A stretch of DNA of 53,135 bases from Nanobdellota archaeon (GTDB lineage Archaea; Nanobdellota; Nanobdellia; Woesearchaeales; GW2011-AR9): NCBI GenBank assembly GCA_018824365.1, contig JAHJGQ010000029.1, positions 1-53,135 on the forward strand. Direction: 5' to 3'. Positions 17,834-24,499 of the stretch are shown here, piece by piece. The translations under genes and the position numbers were made by a program. Under the pieces are notes generated by a model that had not been told where the DNA came from, searched no databases, and worked only from the letters and a program-made list of their open reading frames with translations. Position 1 is the first letter of the stretch, and each line of letters starts with the position of its first letter.

Positions 17834-17980
17834 AGGCTCTGTAGAAACCCCTGCCAAATGGCGAGTGAGCACAAGACTATTCGTGAGACAAGCCATACCC
17901 TCTTCTTCGGAAATAACTTCAACTTTGGAGCAATTAGCTAATCAAAAGAGGGTGCGAACGGAAGGGTTTCTACAGAGCCT
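17834..17980. repeat. 147-nt hairpin element with a perfect 17-bp terminal inverted repeat (MITE-like element or structured RNA)
   Basis: AGGCTCTGTAGAAACCC (17834-17850) is the exact reverse complement of GGGTTTCTACAGAGCCT (17964-17980). Inner 8-bp helix ACCCTCTT/AAGAGGGT. Both sides are flanked by AAAGAAA. Confidence 0.6.
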
Positions 17981-18012
17981 AAAGAAAAAGATAATTAAAA
18001 AAATTAAATAAT

Positions 18013-18384
18013 TTAAACAAATATTGCGTAAAGTGTCCAGCCAGCAAGAAAAGCCCAGATTAACATTAATAACCACAATTTTTGTCTTTCTTTAAGGATA
18101 TTCTTTGCTAGACTAAGATAAACTTTTGGATACATTACTAACATCATCCCAATTAGCATCACACCAAGCATCATTGTTACAAAAATGTCAACAACATTTA
18201 TCGTTGAAAAAACATAGTAACCGACAACTACGAAAATAGCTAGTAAGCATATTGTTAAAAAAGTTGTTTTCTTAGCCATACCTTCAGCAGTTTTTATCAG
18301 AACTTTCGGATTTTTTCCAATTATTATAAACTTCATTAAGGTTATGGCAGCGAAAATTACAGCAATTATTTCTAATGGAGTCAT
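18013..18384 (-). CDS. Small integral membrane protein (about 4 TM)
   Basis: 123 aa, almost entirely hydrophobic helices. No recognisable motif. Confidence 0.55.
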   Translation of the reverse strand: MTPLEIIAVIFAAITLMKFIIIGKNPKVLIKTAEGMAKKTTFLTICLLAIFVVVGYYVFSTINVVDIFVTMMLGVMLIGMMLVMYPKVYLSLAKNILKERQKLWLLMLIWAFLAGWTLYAIFV

Positions 18385-18459
18385 TTTAAATTCACCTCTT
18401 TATGTAGATATACATTGATTTTGTTTTAAAAAGTTATTTTATAATTCTAGAATGGTAAA

Positions 18460-18586
18460 TGGGGCCGCGAAGAAACTCACTAGACGTTCGTACCATGACT
18501 AACTTCATAAATTTGAACTCCTGTTCCACGACTTCTGTAATTAAATACCCCATCCGTGGGTGATAGCCAAGCTACACTACAGCCCC
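18460..18586 (-). tRNA. tRNA-Pro(GGG): tRNA-Pro(GGG) with a canonical 37/38 intron and a T-arm intron
   Basis: Read on the minus strand. Acceptor GGGGCTG/CGGCCCC, discriminator A. Anticodon arm CACGG-ATGGGG[15-nt intron]G-TCGTG. T arm AGGAG-TTCAAAT-[38 nt]-CTTCG, with one A:G mismatch at 49:65. The T-arm model is the least certain part. Confidence 0.7.
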
Positions 18587-18620
18587 GATTTTGTTAAGAA
18601 AATTAGCTAATATTAAAAAA

Positions 18621-19127
18621 CTATTCACTTCTGACAACTATATTAAGAATATTGCCTTTTCCTTGATATCCTGCAGAAATTGAATCAACTTTGTTCAATG
18701 CTTTCAAACCTCTGCCCAAACCAGAAGCATAATTACCGCCTGATTTTAGCAGTTTAATCTTTTTAACATAATCAAAACCATTTCCTGAATCTTTTATCTG
18801 GATTATTTTACCATTCTTTCCTAGAAAAATTCTGACTATGACTTCTAATTGTGGATTGTTCTTATTGCCTCTCCAGAAAGCGTTCTCTAATCCTAAAGAT
18901 ATGGCATCCCATATTTGTGTATTTTTTCTAGCAGAAATTTTTAATCTCTTGAAGATAAAATCATTCAGTTCTGGGCTTTCTCTCCAATATAATTGGCCTG
19001 TTGAAGACTCTTGTAATTTGCCATTCTTTGCCGGAATTATCTTAATTTGCTTTATCAATTTATATGGTGCAATGATCTTTAAAGCATTTTCCAAAGTAAA
19101 TTCGTTATTTAATAGCATGTTTGGCAC
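18621..19127 (-). CDS. Stand-alone GHKL (HATPase_c-like) ATP-binding protein
   Basis: 168 aa. N-box-like LENAFWRGN, G1 box IKDSGNGFD, G2 box GLGRGLKAL. Confidence 0.6.
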   Translation of the reverse strand: MPNMLLNNEFTLENALKIIAPYKLIKQIKIIPAKNGKLQESSTGQLYWRESPELNDFIFKRLKISARKNTQIWDAISLGLENAFWRGNKNNPQLEVIVRIFLGKNGKIIQIKDSGNGFDYVKKIKLLKSGGNYASGLGRGLKALNKVDSISAGYQGKGNILNIVVRSE

Positions 19128-19731
19128 CTACAAACTTAAATCTCGGAACTTCTTTGCCATTGAAAATAACATTCTCGAAAAACATTGATTTTGGTCTTAT
19201 CCACAGTACATTTTTTCCTGGTTCTGATTCATAAAGGGCTTTGTAAACAATAAAATCTTCTAATGTTTCACTATGTTTACCTTCACCAATAAATTGATAA
19301 TAATTCCCTTTGTAATGTTGATATTTTTTCTTGGTGGGATCATATCTTTGTTTTAATAAATTTTGAATTGGAATAAACAATGGCTGTGGCAAATTATTCC
19401 AGTTAAACCATCCAAACTGTTCACTTTTATCAGGTTCCATAATTTTCGGTTCACCAGAAAAACTATCAGCAACCATATAAATAGTAATATAATGTTTTCT
19501 TTCACTTGTAAAAATGTCATTTGTTATCGTAGCAAAATAAACATTGTTAATATCAATTCCAAGTTCTTCATATGTTTCTCTTTTAGCACATTCTTCTGGA
19601 CTTTCATTAAGTTCTAGATGACCTCCTGGAAAACACCAAGTGCCATCTCCATGTGAATTTTTTCTTTTTTGCATTAAGACTTTATCATCTCTAAGAATAA
19701 TAATTCCAACACCCACTTTTGGTCTTTCCAT
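19105..19731 (-). CDS. NUDIX hydrolase fused to a DUF1653-like C-terminal domain
   Basis: Nudix box GGHLELNESPEECAKRETYEELGI. C-terminal YQHYKGNYYQFIGEGKHSETLEDFIVYKALYE...LWIRP resembles DUF1653. The ATG at 19731 is preferred over the upstream TTG. Confidence 0.75.
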   Translation of the reverse strand: MERPKVGVGIIILRDDKVLMQKRKNSHGDGTWCFPGGHLELNESPEECAKRETYEELGIDINNVYFATITNDIFTSERKHYITIYMVADSFSGEPKIMEPDKSEQFGWFNWNNLPQPLFIPIQNLLKQRYDPTKKKYQHYKGNYYQFIGEGKHSETLEDFIVYKALYESEPGKNVLWIRPKSMFFENVIFNGKEVPRFKFVGAKHAIK

Positions 19732-19763
19732 AATAAATAAAAAGAACAGCAATTATAAAAATT

Positions 19764-21224
19764 TTACTCAACAACTTCTCCAACAATACTTCTTAACATA
19801 TAATCAACAACTTTTACGGAAACTTTCTTCTTTAATGGGATTCTTCCTTTTACTCCGATTATTAATGGATAAGTTCCCATCTGCCTGCAAAAAGTGGTTT
19901 TTCCATCATACATTTCTGTATAAACATCGGAAATGATTGTTCCTTTTGGAACTAATTTATTCAACATAGGGTAATCAATCTTCTGTCTGATATCATTTCT
20001 CCATTTCCAGTAATATTGTTTATTTTTTCTTAAGAATTTATTTCCCCTATGCTTCTCAAGATAAGTGCCGGGCATTACAACTACTTGCCTGATATTGATC
20101 CTTCTCAAAAGAATATTTTCTTCCATAATTTTTTGCAGTGCTTCCATATTTTTCTTGTGTGTTTCTTTATTCTCATTTAACAGTCCAAAGATAATGTTGA
20201 TTCCCGGAAGAAAACAAGGCATACCATTATCTCCCCGTTTTGCTCCATACTTATTGATTATCTTAATTGCTTTAATTGCAGTTTCAGGAGATGTATTCAA
20301 TCTATTTGCTTTGATTACATCAGAATCAAAACTTTCTACTCCTAAAGCAGCAATATTTCCTGGAGTGCAATATTTTACAATTGCTTCTGTTATTTTTTCT
20401 CCATATGGTGTGATTACAGAATTTGCATTAACATTGTCAATATGTAACACCTCAATTTTTGGGCATTTTTTTCTAATCTCTTTTAACATTTCGATAGGCC
20501 TGTCAGAAGAATAGAAATCTGCCTGTTTGCCTAAGCGGAAATGTCTTGCTCCTTGATCATAAAATGCTTTAATTTCTTTGATTACTGATTCCTTATTACG
20601 GTTAAGGAAACAATTTTTAAGTGGTTCAGTGCAAAAACTGCATTTTCCTACTTTACATCCCCTTCCTGTTTCTATTTCGATAACTCTTTTATCAGGAATA
20701 TGTTTGAGTATCTCTGAAGACTTAGTAATGAAATTATCTAATTCTTCAAATGAGAAATTAAATTCATTCTTTTCATCAAAGATGTCTAGATTAATCTTCT
20801 CAAAGAATTTTCCACCTTCTAACTGGGTTCCTTGAAGAGCAGGACCCGTAAGGATCTTTTTCATCTTTAAATCTTTGATTAAGTGAGTAACTTCTTTTAA
20901 TATTCCTGGTTGTGCCGTAAGATATTTTCCCGGTACTTGAATGCCGATTATTATTATCAACGCATCCGTATTAGATAGAGCTTCTTCAGCATCATTATCG
21001 GTTGTATTATAAATAAAAATATTTGTTTTTTCTTTTTCACTAGGTTCTTTTTTAATCCCTTCATGATTTTTCCATAATCTGAGATCATCAATTGTGAGAT
21101 AAGCAACATCATGTCCTTCACTCTTCAACTTCCCATAGATATATCTGGGATAAGTTCCTAAGTATGGTGGAACTCCTAATCCAGAAGCTTCATCAGTATA
21201 GCAATCAAGGATGGTATAAAACAT
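19764..21224 (-). CDS. Radical SAM protein with a C-terminal TRAM-like domain
   Basis: 486 aa. Cluster motif GRGCKVGKCSFCTEP. C-terminal beta-rich segment VSVKVVDYMLRSIVGEVV. Confidence 0.7.
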   Translation of the reverse strand: MFYTILDCYTDEASGLGVPPYLGTYPRYIYGKLKSEGHDVAYLTIDDLRLWKNHEGIKKEPSEKEKTNIFIYNTTDNDAEEALSNTDALIIIIGIQVPGKYLTAQPGILKEVTHLIKDLKMKKILTGPALQGTQLEGGKFFEKINLDIFDEKNEFNFSFEELDNFITKSSEILKHIPDKRVIEIETGRGCKVGKCSFCTEPLKNCFLNRNKESVIKEIKAFYDQGARHFRLGKQADFYSSDRPIEMLKEIRKKCPKIEVLHIDNVNANSVITPYGEKITEAIVKYCTPGNIAALGVESFDSDVIKANRLNTSPETAIKAIKIINKYGAKRGDNGMPCFLPGINIIFGLLNENKETHKKNMEALQKIMEENILLRRINIRQVVVMPGTYLEKHRGNKFLRKNKQYYWKWRNDIRQKIDYPMLNKLVPKGTIISDVYTEMYDGKTTFCRQMGTYPLIIGVKGRIPLKKKVSVKVVDYMLRSIVGEVVE

Positions 21225-21386
21225 GGATATTACTTTGTATTGTTATTTTATAAATTGTTCTGAAAATGAATTGTATGTCCACAAATAATCTTCTGAACCC
21301 ATATTTTTATGATTTTTGTAATATTTATGAAATTGTATTGTGAATTATAATTAAGTTTATATACTTTTAAAATTTATCAAATATTA

Positions 21387-22292
21387 ATGGATAAAGATAC
21401 AAAAGAGGATGATTCTTGGTCAAATTATTTCAGGGAAAGTGGTTCGACAAACAATAAAAATAATTCTTCTAAAGAAAAAAAGTTTAATTATACGGTGTTC
21501 ATATCAGTTTCTCTAGTTTTGCTATTTATCGTGTTTATAATTTTTAAAACCTCTTCTTTAGGCGATGCAGTTACTGGAGCTCAGATTGCTGGATTAAATG
21601 AAATGTCTAATGTCGGGGAATCTAGTGCTAATGAAATGAGTGGTAGTGAAAAAACATTGAGCAAAACATCGAGCTCTTCAAAAGCAAGCGAAGAAACTTC
21701 TAAAACCAGTGAAACCAATGAAAGTACTTCTAAGTCCGTATTGCCTTCAAATAACCAAGACAGCTTAGATAACTTAGAAGGATATTCAGAAGGATCTGAT
21801 GGAAGTAAGGAAGTAGATCAGGAAATCATATTAGGAACTTATTCTGAATTGTTGCATAGTTTAATCGATCTTAATGATGATATGGATAATCCTGTTGCTA
21901 AAGCACAAAAGATAACTGAGATAAATTCTTTAGTTCAAAAAATAGATAATTTTGCTGTAGCTAATGCATGGGAAAGTTTTGGTATGAAATTAAATGGAAA
22001 ATCAACTGTTGATGACTTTTTTGAGTTTATAACAATCATTGCTCAGGAGGGTCAAAAAGATGATTTGGTATACTCTAATTTCATAATTAATTTTCTGATT
22101 ATAGACAAATATTGGAATACTGATTATGTAGTAGAATTCTCTGAGGCGTTAACAATGGTGAATCACGAGGTAGAGAATTTTAACAAAGTAGCTATCTCTT
22201 CCAAATGGGAAGAAATACTTAAATGTGATGGCAAATGCAACGAAAAGAACAGATTATTGTTTGAAATTATCGGGTTAGTGGTTAAGCAGTAA
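21387..22292 (+). CDS. Membrane-anchored hypothetical protein with a Ser/Thr/Glu-rich linker
   Basis: 301 aa, one TM (YTVFISVSLVLLFIVFIIF), low-complexity S/T/E region, then a globular domain with no recognised motif. Confidence 0.55.
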   Translation: MDKDTKEDDSWSNYFRESGSTNNKNNSSKEKKFNYTVFISVSLVLLFIVFIIFKTSSLGDAVTGAQIAGLNEMSNVGESSANEMSGSEKTLSKTSSSSKASEETSKTSETNESTSKSVLPSNNQDSLDNLEGYSEGSDGSKEVDQEIILGTYSELLHSLIDLNDDMDNPVAKAQKITEINSLVQKIDNFAVANAWESFGMKLNGKSTVDDFFEFITIIAQEGQKDDLVYSNFIINFLIIDKYWNTDYVVEFSEALTMVNHEVENFNKVAISSKWEEILKCDGKCNEKNRLLFEIIGLVVKQ

Positions 22293-22409
22293 TAGTTATA
22301 TTTTAATTCTGTTGAAATACTATTATCAGCAGTGTTTTAATCTTCACTTGATTTATTAGCATATTGAAGCCGTAATCTTTAAAAATAAATCCTAATTCTG
22401 CTAATTAAT

Positions 22410-22580
22410 GGCCCCGTGGCTTAGCCTGGTACTTGTTAGAATAGCTAACTTGCTTGGGCAATAGAGCGCACGACTGATATGCTTATTTAAGCAAAGAAAT
22501 CGTGAGGTCCCGAGTTCAAATGCAGTCACTAGCGTTCGGTACTTTCCTTCGCTATGGCTCGGAAAGTCTCGGCGGGGCCA
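22410..22580 (+). tRNA. tRNA-Ile(GAU): tRNA-Ile(GAU) with three introns (D loop, canonical 37/38, T arm)
   Basis: Acceptor GGCCCCG/CGGGGCC, D stem GCTT/GAGC. Anticodon arm CACGA-CTGATA[19 nt, 22480-22498]A-TCGTG. T arm CCGAG-TTCAAAT-[46 nt, 22522-22567]-CTCGG. About 31 extra nt in the D loop. The gene is 171 nt for a mature RNA of about 75 nt. TATA-like TTTAAAAATAAA about 25 nt upstream. Confidence 0.85.
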
Positions 22581-22664
22581 CTCTTTAATTTTTTTATTCT
22601 TCTCTCTCTGTGCTTTTGTAATTTAATATATTCAAAATTCACTCCTTCTAAACAATTAACAAAA

Positions 22665-22672
22665 TTTATATA
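22665..22672 (+). promoter_or_regulatory. TATA box (TTTATATA) for the downstream structured RNA candidate
   Basis: Consensus archaeal TATA preceded by an A-rich BRE-like stretch. It ends 27 nt before the first paired base of the 22700..22797 structure. Confidence 0.45.
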
Positions 22673-22699
22673 ACTTAGCCTTCTTCACATCCAACAATT

Positions 22700-22797
22700 G
22701 GCTCAGAGGATAAATCTGAACACCATGCGCTCTCCTTGGAGGGTGATGCAATGAGGCTTCGGTCTCAGCGCAGTGGTTGATGATTCCTAGGCTGAGC
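22700..22797 (+). ncRNA. Unclassified structured RNA candidate (about 98 nt)
   Basis: Closing helix GCTCAG/CTGAGC plus AGG/CCT. A 10-bp helix ACCATGCGCT/AGCGCA(G)TGGT. Hairpin GAGGC-TTCG-GTCTC, a C(UUCG)G tetraloop. CTGA and TGATGA motifs face each other across an internal loop. GC-rich relative to its flanks. Confidence 0.5.
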
Positions 22798-22968
22798 TTA
22801 TTATTCTTATTCAATTATTACTTTTATTTTTCTATTATTTCTTTTACCAATACATAAGCTATATTACAAAGAATATATTATTCTGTGTATAAATCTTTAA
22901 ATACCGGTTGTCATTCTTGAATGCTTACAAAATTAAAGGGATGGGGGTCTCTTTAGAAAAAAGTTTAA

Positions 22969-23064
22969 TTATACTAAAAAATTTCAACAGGAATTTTTTG
23001 GTAGGGTTTAATACTTCAACCTTTAGGTTGAAATTTTTGGTACATAAAAATATTTTATATTTTT
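22969..23064. repeat. 96-nt conserved intergenic element, copy B
   Basis: Gap-free alignment to 14411..14506 with 7 mismatches. Four of them cluster in the central segment and change the local hairpin from GGGG/CCCC (copy A) to TTCAACC/GGTTGAA (copy B). Confidence 0.85.
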
Positions 23065-23096
23065 TGTACAATAAATCAAAGATTTATTAATATCAC

Positions 23097-23175
23097 AAAA
23101 ATCTGCCAAAAAAGAAAGTTTTCGTTTCATACCCTGGCTCTTTAGGGAGTGGAAGAACACTTTCGGCAGATTTTT
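23097..23175 (+). promoter_or_regulatory. Long hairpin in the leader of gene 23212..24393
   Basis: An 11-bp stem AAAAATCTGCC/GGCAGATTTTT is extended by GAAAGT/ACTTTC across an A6 bulge. It ends 36 nt before the ATG and about 20 nt before the AGGGGG SD-like motif. Confidence 0.4.
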
Positions 23176-23211
23176 CATGATATTTACTTTACATAGGGGG
23201 TGTAATTTATT

Positions 23212-24393
23212 ATGAGAAAAATTGTAATTGGTTTGTTAGTTGTTTTAATACTTGTCTTCATTGTAGGCTGTGTTGATTATAAAGCATATGATACGCCGAA
23301 GGAATCTCAAGTCGATGAATCAGCTTTAGTCGACGAGATTGCACAAATTGAAAAAGACTTGAATCTTGAAAATAATTCTGTTAAAGATGTTAAAGATAAT
23401 TCCGCTGATGATTTAGAAGAATTAGAAGTTCTTGATGAAGAGACCACGAAACTGAATACTGAAGATACAACGGAAAATGATTTAAATGTTGAAGAAGATG
23501 TAGTTCTTCCTGAATTAAGTGAAGAAGATGTTAATTCAACTGATTCGACTGAAACAGATGCAGTTTCTGAAGAAACAGCTGATAAAACCACTACCGATGT
23601 TAATCCTAAAAAAGCTAGTAGTGAAGATACAAGTATGCAAACCATCACTGTAGATGAAAATGAAAAAGTTAAATTGAATGTTAAAGTGACCGATCCTGAT
23701 GAAGATAATGTTACTTATACCTTCACTTCTCCTTTAAATAACAATGGTGAGTGGAAAACTGAATATGGTGATGCAGGGGAATATGTTGTTACATTGACGG
23801 CTACAGATGGAAAACTTTCAACAAAGAAAAAATTGATGATTGTTGTAAACCGTGTCAATGTTGCTCCTCTGATAAGCAACATCACTAATCTAAAAGTTAA
23901 AGAGGGGGCAACAGTTACCTTTGAACCTTCAGTTACTGATCCGAACAAAGATCCTGTAACAGTTACGATTTCTGAACCTCTTAAAAATGGAATTTTTGTG
24001 ACTGATCATACTAGTGCGGGAGAATATCAGATTAAAGTTGTTGCTAGTGATGGAGAACTTGAGACAGAAAAATCTTTTAAGCTTGTCATTGAAGATGTTA
24101 ATGTATTGCCAGTAATAACCAATGTTAAGAATACAACTAAGATTAAAGAAGGAGATACACTAACTATTAAACCATTAGTTACAGATCTTGATGGTGATGT
24201 TATTAACTTGACTATCTCAGAACCAGTAGGTAATGATGGTGTCTGGGAAACCAGTTATACTGACCATGGAGAATATGTAATTACAATTACTGCTAACGAT
24301 GGTAAAGATGTAGTTACAAAGAAGATGAAAGTTACAGTAGAAGATATCAATGCTCCTCCGGAAATTATTGATGTCTCAATGTCTCTTAAATAG
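23212..24393 (+). CDS. Surface lipoprotein with an acidic linker and four cadherin-like/CADG (He_PIG-type) Ig-like repeats
   Basis: 393 aa. Lipobox-like LVFIVGCVDY and a D/E/T-rich linker. Repeats carry V.DPD.D.V..T.S.P....G.W.T.Y.D.GEY.V...A.DG. Confidence 0.75.
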   Translation: MRKIVIGLLVVLILVFIVGCVDYKAYDTPKESQVDESALVDEIAQIEKDLNLENNSVKDVKDNSADDLEELEVLDEETTKLNTEDTTENDLNVEEDVVLPELSEEDVNSTDSTETDAVSEETADKTTTDVNPKKASSEDTSMQTITVDENEKVKLNVKVTDPDEDNVTYTFTSPLNNNGEWKTEYGDAGEYVVTLTATDGKLSTKKKLMIVVNRVNVAPLISNITNLKVKEGATVTFEPSVTDPNKDPVTVTISEPLKNGIFVTDHTSAGEYQIKVVASDGELETEKSFKLVIEDVNVLPVITNVKNTTKIKEGDTLTIKPLVTDLDGDVINLTISEPVGNDGVWETSYTDHGEYVITITANDGKDVVTKKMKVTVEDINAPPEIIDVSMSLK

Positions 24394-24420
24394 ACCGATT
24401 GAGGTCTATAATTTTTTTTT
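24391..24420 (+). terminator. Hairpin plus T9 run at the end of gene 23212..24393
   Basis: TAGACC-GATTGA-GGTCTA hairpin beginning at the stop codon, followed by nine T (24412-24420). Confidence 0.5.
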
Positions 24421-24499
24421 CTTATTATAAGTTCTTTTGGATGAAGTGTAAAACAATATAAGAAAAATAATATAAGATAAAATTTAAAATAATATAAAA

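Noticed and set aside
17791-17922. N-terminal 44 codons of track ORF 17401..17922
   Set aside because: This part runs through the 17834..17980 inverted-repeat element. The internal ATG at 17790 gives a normal signal peptide, so the extension is most likely non-coding.
22700-22797. Interpretation as 5S rRNA or a canonical box C/D sRNA
   Set aside because: The conserved 5S loop sequences are absent. The C/D reading needs a degenerate C box (GUGAUGC), has no D' box, and leaves only a 9-nt guide spacer. It is kept only as an unclassified structured RNA candidate.
22908-23090. 60-aa track ORF
   Set aside because: It overlaps copy B of the 96-nt repeat and has low-complexity, AT-driven composition with no start context.
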